Source: Eledone cirrhosa (taxonomy: Eukaryota). Taken from it: 64,000 nucleotides of DNA. Numbering within the stretch: position 1 is the stretch's first letter; every line of letters begins with the position of its first letter. The DNA is taken from the NCBI GenBank assembly GCA_964016885.1, contig OZ024741.1:172794001-172858000 (forward strand), in the 5' to 3' direction. The notes under the pieces are model-generated. The model was not told the DNA's origin and did no database searches. It saw only the letters and a program-made list of their open reading frames with translations. Made by a program: the position numbers and the translations under genes. This document shows, piece after piece, positions 12,051 to 24,464 of the stretch.

Positions 12051-14569
12051 ATGAGCCAGTGGAGAGAGACAGGAGTAATAATGAGAGACAGAAACAACCA
12101 TGAGGCTGTTGGTGGAAATAGAAATAGAAATAGAAACAACACAACTAACAATAACAATAGCACTAGTACACATAAAGCAGCAGCCTGGAACTCTACTTTT
12201 TATAACCCCTCCGATAAGTCATCCGACCTGCGACGAGTCCACGCCACGACTTTACCATTTAACAAACGCACGCAATTGTCGTCGCAGGTCGATGAACAAA
12301 CAGAAGCACAATTTAGTATAGCTAGATCCGAACTTAGAAATATTATAGAACAGTATAGCAAAAAGCATAATAGAATGGAGGCCCAGCAGCTGGGAGAAAA
12401 ATCTGCAAATGGCTTGCGTAAGCTCATGCAGGGCTCGCGTAATGGAGAAATAGCATGCTTTCCAACAGACAAGTCTGGCAGAATGTCGGTTGACAGCCTG
12501 CCAAACTGCATCCAGGCAATGCAACCCCACATCACTAACACAAGAGAAGTAACACCACAGGAGCATGAGGATAGAGAAAAAGCCCTCAATGCCCATATGG
12601 TGATGTGGACGAATATAATGCAGCCCAACAAAAGGACTGCCAACAACTTCCAGGTCTGGAACAATGACGTGCCGGCGTTGTATGGGCTTCGAAAAGACCA
12701 TAAAACGGGCAGTGACCCTGTCACGGGACCACCAACACTGCCAGTCTGTGGAGCTAACATTGCTAGTAACTACAGACTGTCCTACTTCCTCTCCCTGATC
12801 ATATGCCCCATCATTGAAATGTCCCCAGACGTATGTGACAGCACGGAAGACCTCCTCAGCGGAATCGGCGAGAGTAACCGATCTAGGGACCTAACAAACT
12901 GCATAATAGGTAGTATGGATGCTGTGTCCCTGTATCCATCTATTGACGTGGATTTTGCTGTGGAGAAATGCGTAGAAATGATAAGTGAGAGCAATGTTGA
13001 GTTCCGTGGGATTAATACCAGTGAGCTGGGACTCCTACTTAAACTTACCTATAGTAATAATTACCTAGACACATATGACCTTAGCAACCTGTGCCCTACA
13101 AGACCAGCAAGAGGCAGACCACCTACCATTACCTCAATGGCCAAGAAAACCCACACAGATAGATGGAACGGGTGGACCAGAGCCATACGGACACCCGAAA
13201 ACCACGATGAACTGAAGAAAATGATTGCACATGCGGTGGGAGCCAGCATAAAATTAACCCTTAAGGAACATATGTTCAAATTTAATGGAAAAACATATGC
13301 TCAAGAGGAAGGAGCAGCCATTGGTGTTAGCATTGCAGGGGACATAGCTAACTTATTCATGGCATGATGGGACAGTAGACTTAAACTTAAACTTAAAGAA
13401 CAATTAGAAGACCCCTTAACCCTGATAATGTACTCCCGCTACGTTGATGATATAAACATCGTAGTTAAAACACCCCCACTAGAGAACAGTCAGGAATTAG
13501 AGAAAAACACAATGGAAAGCATCCAGAAAATAGCTAACTCCATCCACCAGAGTATTAGAGTTACTATAGACGACCCAAGTAAACATCCCAACCATCGATT
13601 ACCTATACTAGATACAGAGCTCTGGTTAGATACCATTAATAACAAAAAACAAATCCTCCATTCCCATTATGCCAAACCCATGACTTCCAAATATCTGATC
13701 CACCGAAACTCAGCTGTTTCGGACCATAACAAAATCAACATACTGATTGCGGATTTGGTACGGGCGATGAGAAACGTGTCCCGCATGTGCAACCGCAAAG
13801 AACTAGAGATACACATACAACACTTCATCCACCGTATGCAGTTCTCTGGTTACAATCAGAGAGATAAAATCAGAGTGTATAGAGGAGACAGAACCAAATG
13901 GGAAAAAATGGTAAATAATGACACAAATAGGACCTGCCCCTAGTATAGGAGCAAATTTTGGAATAGAATAGAAAGAACTAGGAATAAGGCTAATAGAATA
14001 AACTCATGATATGATAGCAATAAATATCAGAGTGTAATGTTCATCGATACAACCCCTAAAGGTGAATTAGCTTACAAATTTAGATGGGCCCTAGATAAAC
14101 ATAAACTCAATATTAAGATAGTAGAAAGACCAGGTACCTCCGTAAAAACACTTATTAGCAAGACATACATTTTTCAAAGACCCCCTGTATAGATAAGAAA
14201 TGTATAACCTGTAAATTAAGCCCCCATATTAACTGTAAAACTAGAAATGTAGTATATAGCATAAGATGTACTGAAGGACAATGTATAGACAAAAATATAG
14301 TGTACATAGGTGAGACAGCTCGTAGTGTAGGGGAACGGATAAATGAACACTGGCGAGACCTTCAAGATAGTAAAGAATCATCTGTACTCTACCAACATGC
14401 TAAAATAGAACACAAGGGTAAATTAGAGAACATAGAAATAAAAATAGAATCTACACACAGAAAAGACGCAATGTTTAGACAAATCACAGAGGCAATAAAC
14501 ATAAAGGAATTACAACCAAAATTAAATAGAAAATATGAGTGGAACAGCAACATCACAACTTACAATTAA
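12051..14569 (+). pseudogene. Disrupted Penelope RT + GIY-YIG endonuclease polyprotein
   Basis: Motifs PTDKSG, LYGLRKDHK, STEDLL, GSMDAVSLYPS, QEEGAAIG, RYVDD, LPILD, YAKPM, SGY, then C-x4-C-x2-C-x7-C, VVYSIRC-x4-C, YIGETARS...RINEH, H-x4-H, RQITEA, LNRKYEW. Stops at 13365, 13941 and ~14007; frameshift at ~14170-14190. Confidence 0.9.
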
Positions 14570-14764
14570 GGACAAAATGAAAACACACACGCACATAGAA
14601 CAAACAACCAACCTGTAACATGTAAATAAACAAATAAATAAACGAATATAAACACACTCAGACACCCGGATGTGGCGCATGCGCAGACTGAGCACACAAC
14701 ACACACACAAAATGGCGTAGGACAGAACAAAGGAGAGTCACAAAAACAAAGAAAAGACTCCCCA

Positions 14765-14807
14765 GTCACTGAAGAGGTCACAGAATGTGTGACGAAAGAA
14801 CTTTGAC
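14765..14807 (+). ncRNA. Type I hammerhead in the Penelope pLTR (identical copy 16855-16897; decayed copy ~59840-59882)
   Basis: gtca CTGAAGA g gtcaca-gaatg-tgtgac GAAAG aa CTT^tgac. Confidence 0.8.
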
Positions 14808-15013
14808 AATATATAAACAACTATCTGGTTGTGGAACCAACCAACCAACCGGAAATTTATAAATTCCTAAATTTATAAATCTATTATAATAAATTGAAGT
14901 GAAAGCAACTGGTGCGTGTGTTTCTTATTGGCAACATGACCCTCCCAAAGTATAACAATATCGTTTTCAACACACGTTTTCAGATAAAGAATCTTGCTAA
15001 ACAAATTCAGAAA

Positions 15014-15041
<28 letters not shown>

Positions 15042-15049
<8 letters not shown>

Positions 15050-15810
15050 ATACTTGGGGAGGGTCATATTTGTGTAATATTGCCAGAATTAATAACAGAA
15101 CACACTCACTGTTTGGTTGGTTTTCGCTTTTCGTTTCTGTGTCTTTTATATCGGTTACTTTAATTTATTTGGTCCTCAATGTTGCCATTGACTGACCAAC
15201 GGTCAAAAATACAGATACAATATAGACACAAACACATATATATAGTCTATCAAAGTTCTTTCGTTGCATATCTGCAACATCGTCAGAGATGCTATTGTTT
15301 CCTCACGTTGCATTGTATGTCTACGCCATCTTTATTTAGTCTGTTTATATATATATTTTTTTTTGTCTTCTTTGCGCATGCGTTTGCGTGTGTGTATAGT
15401 GTTTTGTTTGATGTGTGTTCGTGTTTGAGTGACTGTGTATTGGTTAATGTATTCTATATTTACTAGTGTGTGTTTATATGTGTTTGTTGTTATTGTGCTT
15501 GTGCATGTACTTATTTATTTATCTATTTATTTATTTATTTATTTATTTATACTTCTCTTAGGTCAGTGTTGTTTGTTTGGGTGTTGTTGTTATTCCATTC
15601 ATTTTTTCTGTTTAGCCTTGGCCTTCTAAGTTCTATTTCGCTGGCCTCTTTGATTTGCCTATCTGCTGGGTCATTTCTATGTTTAGATATTATTCTAATT
15701 TCTATGTTTTCTATGTTACCGTCGTGTTGTTGTCTGGCATGTTCGTATAGTACTGAACATGCCAGGGATATTACCGTCCAGTGTTCTACCACTATATACG
15801 TCTCCAGCAA
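15042..15810 (-). mobile_element. 3' end (GIY-YIG tail + pLTR) of a second Naiad-like Penelope subfamily, tail-to-tail with the first
   Basis: ORF 15547-15810 SVLYEHARQQH...RQIKEA...LNRKNEWN aligns to 14300-14569. Reverse-complement hammerhead at ~15248-15291: atct CTGACGA tgttgca-gata-tgcaac GAAAGAACTT^tgat. Confidence 0.8.
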
Positions 15811-15947
15811 CGGTCAGAAGATTCTATTCACTACGTAGAAGTTTGGCTTTTAGCAGATTCTTCACCACGTGCGAGTTTGGCTCACTACCCTGAGACGCTC
15901 TCTATATCCTCGTGTTCTACACAATTTTGTGTCCCATCAACGTCAGT

Positions 15948-16548
15948 ATGGATTTATACGAACTGGATTACTCCCTGAAGAACATTCCCACTCCCTCCAA
16001 CCATGTTTACCAAAAGCTTCTCCTACAAAAAGCGGAAGATGTCGTCAGACGCTTAAGATGGCGAGCCCTAGCTTTTGACGGCAAAATTGCAGGCACCTTC
16101 AACCTGAAATTGAGAGCCTACCCTCCTAAGGTAACTGAACTTGGTCCTTTCTACGCGGACCTTCTTGACTTAGTCGCTAACATTTCCTTTCGCAAACACC
16201 CTAACACCTTTCAAACTAAATTTAGAAATGATATTAAGAAATTTAGGTCCTCTAATAACACTTTCGTTCTTTCCGACAAAACTAATAATATTTACGAAGT
16301 CGACAACACCACTTTCCGCCACCTGGCCCATAACGCTATTACTTCCAAATATAAGAAAGCTAACCCTATGGCCTACCACGACATTAATACAGAAGCCAAA
16401 GAACTTGCCGCCGCCCTTAAGGTAGATAAGAAGCTACAATCTCTAGCTAAGCGGGAGGCGTTCCTCACCCTGAAAGATCACAAGGTAGACTTTACTTCTA
16501 ACCCCACATGTAGACTAATAAACCCGGCACGCACATTTATGGGACTAG
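15948..16548 (+). pseudogene. N-terminal fragment of the RT ORF of a different Penelope-like family
   Basis: LDYSLKNIP...RRLRWRA...VLSDKTNNIY...AFLTLKDHK...PTCRLINP are PLE pre-RT and RT1-2 motifs. Truncated by an inverted pLTR piece. Confidence 0.72.
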
Positions 16549-16552
16549 TTAT

Positions 16553-17108
16553 ATATTGTTATACGTTGGGGGGGTGGGGTCATGTTGCCAATAAGAAACA
16601 CACGCACTAGTTGCTTTCACCCCAATTTAGGACAAAATGAAAACACTTACAATTAAGGACAAAATGAAAACACACACATACATAGAACAAACAACCAACC
16701 AGTAACATGTAAATAAACAAATAAATAATCAAATAAAAACACACACAGACACCCAGATGTAACACATGCGCAAACTATGCACATAACACACACAAAAACA
16801 AGATGGCGTAGGACAGAACAAAGGAGAGGCACAAAACAAAGAAAAGAATCCCCAGTCACTGAAGAGGTCACAGAATGTGTGACGAAAGAACTTTGACAAT
16901 ATATGAACAATCGTCTGGTTGTGGAACCAACCAACCAACCGGAAATTTATAAATTCTTAAATTTATAAATTTAATTTATAATAAATTGGAGTGAAAGTAG
17001 CTGGTGCGTGTGTTTCTTATTGGCAACATGACCCTCCCAAAGTATAACAATATCAGTTTCAACTCACGTTTTCAGATAAAGAATCTTGCTAAACAAATTC
17101 AGAAACGA
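16553..17108 (+). mobile_element. Solo pLTR of the 12-15 kb element with a short inverted 5' piece
   Basis: 16630-17108 closely matches 14570-15017. 16553-16629 is the reverse complement of ~14890-14962. Confidence 0.85.
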
Positions 17109-17264
17109 AATATATATATATATACACACATAAAGGAACAATCGACTTTCGTCAAATCGGACCGAGGTAACAATGTTTCCATTGGTCTTTCCAATTGCTA
17201 ATATTATCCATCGGTAGCAACTCCAGATAGCAGAAGCAACGTGAAATAAAGTGTCTTCATTTTT

Positions 17265-17350
<86 letters not shown>

Positions 17351-17400
17351 TGTGCGTGTGCGTGTGCGCGCGCGCGCGTGTGTGTGTGTGTGTGTGTGTA

Positions 17401-17500
17401 CACAGGGTGTTCCACAAAAATATATACGTACTTCATTCTAATAAGTATTGCCTGCTCAGATATTCAAAGTACGTAAACATTTTTGGGGGACACCCAGTAT
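17401..17500. mobile_element. ~100-bp Tc1/mariner-type MITE (second copy 26437-26540)
   Basis: Imperfect TIRs CAGGGTGT(T/C)CCA(C)AAAAA ... TTTTTGGGACACCCTG(TA). Confidence 0.6.
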
Positions 17501-17578
17501 ATATATATATATAATCACTGACGAAGGACTATTTACTATAACTGATTCAGAGAACTCGGCAAATTTTCTGGAGTATAA

Positions 17579-17991
17579 TATTCAATGATATTAAATAAAT
17601 GGAAACTATATTTATTAAACCATATTTATTCTATTATATATGTATTTCAAGGGTACCAAAACTTTGGTACGCTTTCATCAGATAAAATACAAAGTTTGTT
17701 TTATAAATTTTGACATAACCAAGAAAAGATACCTTAACGGTTCAAGTTTTTCTTGGATAGTGAATGTAAAAAAGAAGAAAAGTCAGATATTTCAAATTAT
17801 TAAGATGAGTATGGAAATGAGGTTGAGGTATAGGGCTGAAAAAACGTTATTTTCGACGCTATTGCAGAATTTAAATAATTAGGATATATGTATGGTACGA
17901 TGAAAGCGTACCAAAGTTTTGGTACCCTTGAAATATATATAATAGAATAAATATGGTTTTATAAATATAGTTTCAATTTATTTAATATCAT

Positions 17992-17993
<2 letters not shown>
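17579..17993. mobile_element. Inverted pLTR-like element with a hammerhead at 17627-17689 (-); decayed relative at ~8530-8650
   Basis: Reverse complement: tattttat CTGATGA aagcgtaccaaa-g-ttttggtaccctt GAAAT acat ATA^atagaata. An inverted partial copy at 17898-17993 begins inside the core (gatga). Confidence 0.7.
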
Positions 17994-18025
<32 letters not shown>

Positions 18026-18860
18026 CTAGCATTAAAGCCCGGCGTTGCTCGGGGTCATTAAGTTACCAAAGTTAGGTTGCACCACCCATTTTATGGCAGC
18101 ACTTTTTTGTCTGCCAGGCACTGGGTGAATGAATTGCAGACCTGGAAGCAGGAGCTGCGCCAGCAGTGACAATTGTAGTTTGCCTATGGATATTATCTCT
18201 GTGCAAAAAAGTGTTGAAATTTATTGTTTCACAGTACTTGCGCAACACGCGCGTAGACGATGCCAGCCGAACAACAGAGCTGCGATGGAGTTGTTCTGCA
18301 TGGTTGTCTGTGTGTTTTCTAAATTTAAGACAGTAGGGAGGGTTGTGATATGAGGGAGAGTTAGCTGTTGTTTCTAGCAGGTTTAGTGACCTCATAGAGG
18401 ATATGTATTTTCTAAATTTAAGACAGTAGGGAGTGGTGTGATATGGAGGAGAGTTAGCTGCTGTTTCTAGCAGGTTTAGTGACCTCATAGAATATGTTTT
18501 CTAAATTTAAGACAGTAGGGAGGGGTGTGGTATGGGGGAGAGTTAGCTGCTGTTTCTAGCAGGTTTAGTGACCTCATAGAAGATATGTTTTCTAAATTTA
18601 AGACAGTAGGGATGGGTGTGATATGGGGGAGAGTTAGCTGCTGTTTCTAGCAGGTTTAGTAACCTCATAGAGGATATGTGTTTTCTAAATTTAAGACAGT
18701 AGGGAGTGGTGTGATATGGGGGAGAGTTAGCTGCTGTTTCTAGCAGGTTTAGTGACCTCATAGAAGATATGTTTTCTAAATTTAAGACAGTAGGGAGGGG
18801 TGTGGTATGGGGGAGAGTTAGCTGCTGTTTCTAGTAGGTTTAGTGACCTCATAGAGGATA
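18026..18860 (-). mobile_element. Non-autonomous Helitron-like element with an internal ~91-bp minisatellite (6 copies, 18315-18860)
   Basis: Reverse-complement 3' end cccgagcaacgccggg hairpin + CTAG|T. Repeat unit ttttctaaatttaagacagtaggga...gacctcataga at spacings of 89-93 bp. Confidence 0.6.
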
Positions 18861-19289
18861 TTATTGTTTATCATTATCTATAAAAGGCAGATTGTTGTTG
18901 TTGTTGAAGTGAGTGTGTGTTTGTATGCGTTTGGAAAAGAGGTTTTAAAAAAGATTTATCGCTTCTTGTTGAATAAATGTATCTGTTGCTTTTGAAACGG
19001 ACAGTATCACCATCAAGCTTGGAAAGAGAAAGTAACAGAAAGTATGAAGTTCTATAGATTTTGAATGGTAATGGAAAGAGTTTAGCAGTTTAAATGACAG
19101 AGGAAAATCGTAAAATATTGAGTTTTATCTATTTTTTGCGTAATTGTGGGTGAAATTGAAAAAATGAGATGTGCCAAGACGCAATCGAAACTATTTCGAA
19201 TACTGAATTGTAAATTTCAATTGAAGAAATTCTATATCGTTGATTTCTATAAGAAAGGAGCATGAGCACACACTGAGCTTTATAGATTA

Positions 19290-19350
<61 letters not shown>

Positions 19351-19406
19351 CAAATTATAAACGTAAACATGTAAGTATGTTTTTGAAACGGTGCGCGAGT
19401 TTGAAA

Positions 19407-19626
19407 TTAGAAATTAGAAATTATAAGCTTTCACCATATTTTAGACTAAAGAAATTTCTAGCCTGATAGTGGGGTTTATAACCCTCGGAGAAATGAAAAA
19501 AGATGAGTGTTGCCGTACATTGTACGGCAACACTCATCTTTTTCCATTTCTCCGAGGGTTATAAACCCCACTATCAGGCTAGAAATTTCTTTAGTCTAAA
19601 ATATGGTGAAAGCTTATAATTTCTAA

Positions 19627-19634
<8 letters not shown>
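19407..19634. repeat. ~228-bp near-perfect palindrome
   Basis: Centred on gccgtacattgtacggc; arms end in ttctaatttctaat; right arm has GAAAG-CTT^ATAAT. Confidence 0.85.
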
Positions 19635-19658
<24 letters not shown>

Positions 19659-19664
<6 letters not shown>

Positions 19665-20009
19665 GTGAGGTTTTTTTACAAAATAAAAAATAACCGAGGT
19701 GTCCTACACGAGTGAAAGTATAAAGAAAAAGAGATGAAATCGTAAATGCAACTGGAGTCTTATTTTTTTTTTAAATATATATATTTATTTGGTTCCTTTA
19801 CCGGTTTCGCAGTTCTTGTGCTTTTCAAAAGGTGAGTTGAGATGGAGGGTCTGTGGTTTTTCTCACATGTGAGAAAAACCACAGACCCTCCATCTCAACT
19901 CACCTTTTGAAAAGCACAAGAACTGCGAAACCGGTAAAGGAACCAAATAAATATATATATTTTTAAAAGAAATAAGACTCCAGTTGCATTTTCGATTTCA
20001 TCTCTTTTT

Positions 20010-20012
<3 letters not shown>
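19659..20012. mobile_element. Fold-back element with two variant-core hammerheads (19795-19832 -, 19903-19940 +); family also at 53191-53492, 62029-62150, and diverged at 26683-27300
   Basis: cctt TTGAAAA gca-caagaac-tgc GAAAC cg GTA^aagg; spacer-less palindrome centred at 19867/19868. Confidence 0.75.
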
Positions 20013-20043
<31 letters not shown>

Positions 20044-20046
<3 letters not shown>

Positions 20047-20460
20047 ACCCCGACGGCAGAGCACAAGCCGTTTCGACGGCTATTTCTGGACTAAGTCCAT
20101 AAACAATATAGTCTAATAATTGTTTCTACTTTTGGCACAAGGCCAGCAATTATGCCAGTGTATTACTGGTACTTTATTTTATCGACTCCGTTAGGATGAA
20201 AGGCAAAGTTAACCTCGGCGGGATTTGAACTAAGATCGTAAAAGCCCGTAACTCCATGCTGCAAAGCATGGCGTCCAACCCTCTATCGTTACTGCCAATC
20301 CACCAATGTCGTTTCGACGGCTATTTCTTGACTTAGTCTAGAAATAGCCGTCCAAACGGCTTGAGCTCTACCGTCGGGGTTAATCATTTTCCTATTACCC
20401 ACTCTACTACCCTAAGTATTGAGTATTCTCGTGCGTTATGGTCCATCTGGTTCCTTCGTT
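20044..20460. mobile_element. Half-hammerhead fold-back family element with a SINE (20114-20305, -) nested inside
   Basis: Flanks match 2716-2921 and 10946-11145; the middle matches the SINE. Confidence 0.7.
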
Positions 20461-20538
20461 TATATATATATAATTTTACTGTAATGAGACTATTTTGAGT
20501 TTCTAACTCAATACATGCTTTTGATATATATATTTATA

Positions 20539-20608
<70 letters not shown>

Positions 20609-20614
20609 CACACA

Positions 20615-21701
20615 TCTCCTTATAATATATAACCAGCAATTTCTCTGTCTGTCTGTCCGACGCGTAGAGAGAGAGTGAGAGTGAAAGAAAGAGACAGACT
20701 ACAAGAGGGGGATAGCGGGAGGGAGAGAGAGAGACGCTGGAAGAGGGGAAGGAAAGCTATGTCTTGCTGTCTGCATTACGATACATATATATATACACAC
20801 ACACACTGAGCGCGTCATAATGACGTAATGCAGACAGATAGACATACAGACAGATATTATAAGGGCGCAACGTTATATCTATGTATCTATCTAAAAAGAA
20901 AGACTAAGAATTATATAGAGAGAACGCTAAATCGCCTAATGCGGTCCCTAGGGCATTGAAAATTTGAAATAATTTTGGCTCAAAAACACTCACATGACCA
21001 TAAGTATTACATGTCTAAAGTTTGAAAACAATCGGTTAGATGGTTCTCAAGTTTTAGTGAGCTGACAGACAGACAGACATTCTCTGTTTTAGATATATAG
21101 ACTAGCAGAAAACCGCCCACAGTTGGTTTTCTGCTAGTCTCTATATATAATAGCAAATCGGTTTGAGGAGTGCTACAGAAACATATATACATTTCTGTGT
21201 GTGTGTAATATATATATATATACACACACAGAAATATATATACATTTCTGTGTGTGTAATATATATATATATACACACAGAAATATATATACATTTCTGT
21301 GTGTGTAATATATATATATATATATACACACAGAAATATATATACATTTCTGTGTGTGTAATATATATACTAGCAGAAGACCACCCGGTGGGTGGTTTTC
21401 TGCTAGTATATATATATAATAGCAAATCGGTCTGTGTGTCTGTCTGTCTGTGTACAAATACTAGGCGCCTTTTAACTTTTGACGTACTAGGCCGATTTAA
21501 ACCAAATTTGGCACACATGTTGCTTATATGCCAGAGCAGGTTTTGGATGAAAACATTTGAAAAAAATCGATATTGGGGTCGAAAAATCGATTTTGTGTGT
21601 GTATCTGTCTGTGTACAAATACACAGTATACAAGTACTTTTTCCTAGAGCTAATTTTACTGTGATGAGACTATTTTGAGTTTCTAACTCAATACATGCTT
21701 T

Positions 21702-21794
<93 letters not shown>

Positions 21795-23764
21795 CATATA
21801 TATATATATACATATACATATATATATATATACATACATCTACTTATATATATAACCACCAATTTCTCTGTCTGTCCGACAGTGGAAACACGTGCGTAGA
21901 GAGAGAGTGAGAGTGAAAGAAAGAGACAGACTACGAGAGGGGGATAGCGGGAGGGAGAGAGGGAGAGAGAGAGAGAGTGATTAGACGCTAAAACACGTGC
22001 TATAGAAACATTACCTTCCCCTCTCCACTGACTTTGGTCACTGAGGCCGAGGGAATCGCTGGTTGCTATAGAGACACCTTGCACAAGCCAGAAGTAACCA
22101 GTTCGAGGCGGTTCTGACTTGACACCATGCGAAGAAGGTTGCCATTGAATTTGTGGTTGTTGTTGCTGATAATAAGGACCATTTGAAGAAGGTTGCTGCT
22201 GATGAGGTAATTTATTTATCAGATTGCGCAGTTCCATAACCTACGTTTGATTTGTTCAATTTTTTTCTTCAATTTTTTTTTTTTTTTTTTTTTCTTATTG
22301 AAAAAATATAAATAATAAAATAAGGTTAGAAATTTAAATACAATTAAATAAGATTTAATTTCCATTTCCAGCAGCCAATGTCCAGTGTTCAATTTCATGA
22401 AAAAATTGGAAATAATTCAAAAAATTGAAGTTTAACTTTTGAACATTTGTTTTGACAATAAAAAAAATATTTCCTTATTCACACCTAATGGTATGATTAA
22501 AATTTCATAGGAATATTTTTTCTAACCGCCAGTTATTTAAATATTATTAAAAATAAATTTTTTTTTTAAAAGATTGGAAGATTTTGTGGATTTTTTTTAC
22601 CACCTTCCAAGACTTAAACACTAAGTCTTGCGAATTTGTGTTTTGTAATGACCCTCAGGACGCTGCTATTATTGATTCCAATAGTGCCTGGTATTCGAAT
22701 ATGTTAGTATACAATTTTTTGAATAAAATTAAGGCACAATTAGAGGTGCCAAACAAAATTTTTTTCGGCTTCGGCCCATATTATATATATATATAATGGG
22801 GATGATGATGATGATATACATAGTTACATATGTATATGTAATCTCCTTATAATATATAACCAGCAATTTCTCTGTCTGTCTGTCCGACAGTGGAAAAACG
22901 TGCGCGCGTGCGAATGTTTTTTGCGCACGCGTAGAGAGAGAGTGAGAGTGAAAGAAAGAGACAGGCTACGAGAGGGGGATAGCGGGAGGGAGAGAGGGAG
23001 GGAGAGTGAATAGACGCTAAAACACGTGCGCGCGTGCGAATGTTTTTTGCGCAAGCGTAGGTAGAGAGTGAGAGTGAAAGAAAGAGACAGACTACAAGAG
23101 GGGGGTAGCGGGAGGGAGAGAGGGGGGAATTGAGGAGTGCTACAGAAACATATATACATTTCTGTGTGTGTGTAATATATATATATATACACACACAGAA
23201 ATATATATACATTTCTGTGTGTGTAATATATATATATATACACACAGAAATATATATACATTTCTGTGTGTGTAATATATATATATATATATACACACAG
23301 AAATATATATACATTTCTGTGTGTGTAATATATATACTAGCAGAAGACCACCCGGTGGGTGGTTTTCTGCTAGTATATATATATAATAGCAAATCGGTCT
23401 GTGTGTCTGTCTGTCTGTGTACAAATACTAGGCGCCTTTTAACTTTTGACGTACTAGGCCGATTTAAACCAAATTTGGCACACATGTTGCTTATATGCCA
23501 GAGCAGGTTTTGGATGAAAACATTTGAAAAAAATCGATATTGGGGTCGAAAAATCGATTTTGTGTGTGTATCTGTCTGTGTACAAATACACAGTATACAA
23601 GTACTAGGGCGATTTGGCACGTGCTATTGAGGCGATCTCTCATTGGCTAGCCAATTAGCTGATATAAGTTGACATGCACTCAGAAATTGCTAGATAAGCC
23701 ATAAACGACCTTGAACAATTCAGGCTGTCATCATTTCCCGAGCAACGCTGGGTACTTCTGCTAG
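20615..23764. mobile_element. Cluster of non-autonomous Helitron-like fragments, including a ~475-bp duplication (21163-21640 = 23130-23605)
   Basis: TC-initial 5' ends followed by (CTGT)n at 20615, 21140, 21839, 22842 and on the minus strand at 21100. 3' hairpin + CTAG at 23737-23764. Related pieces at 51530-52800 and 54680-54990. Confidence 0.55.
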
Positions 23765-24166
23765 TATATATATAAACAAATTGTTGGGTTGCTGTTGCTA
23801 CTGTATGTTCGGTAAAAAAAAAGCCGCTGCATTGTTGTTTCTTGACACAATAATTATTTAAATAGCTATTAAAAACAGCAATTACTGATAATTACGTTAT
23901 TGAAATCGTAGAAGGAGTATACGTACATTTTAACATCTAAGTTATGAAATCAGCTGCTCTTAATACGTATTCAATTAAACGCATAATTTCAAATCTGACG
24001 ATATACCACCTTATCGTATATAATGAGTTTAGTTGCATGATTTCATAATAGGCAGAATTCTATCTATTTTAATGTTTCAAGGAAAGTAAGTCTGACAGGA
24101 ACATTATTTTAAGCTGCAAGTTGTTTTTACAAACATGTATTATTCTTCATCCTACCTTTTTAACAG

Positions 24167-24167
<1 letters not shown>

Positions 24168-24224
<57 letters not shown>

Positions 24225-24344
24225 TACATATATATATATACATATATATATATACATATATATACATACATATATATACACATATATATATATATGTATA
24301 CATATATATACATATATATACACACATATATATACACACATATA

Positions 24345-24378
<34 letters not shown>

Positions 24379-24384
24379 CACATA

Positions 24385-24416
<32 letters not shown>

Positions 24417-24429
24417 CATATATATAAAC

Positions 24430-24464
<35 letters not shown>

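Larger units (their letters stand above)
11867..15017 (+). mobile_element. Penelope-like retroelement, probably Naiad clade, with a 3' pseudo-LTR
   Basis: RT plus C-terminal GIY-YIG ORF followed by a ~450-bp hammerhead-bearing pLTR. Bounded by (TA)n. 5' boundary is approximate. Confidence 0.88.

Noticed and set aside
13365-14010. In-frame TGA codons in the Naiad-like ORF as selenocysteine recoding
   Set aside because: Both TGAs fall at probable Trp positions (LFMA*WD, NS*YD), consistent with TGG>TGA. A TAG and a frameshift are also present, so ordinary decay explains them.
22010-22237. Gln-rich minus-strand ORF as a captured host exon within the Helitron cluster
   Set aside because: Short, no recognisable domain, no clear splice sites.
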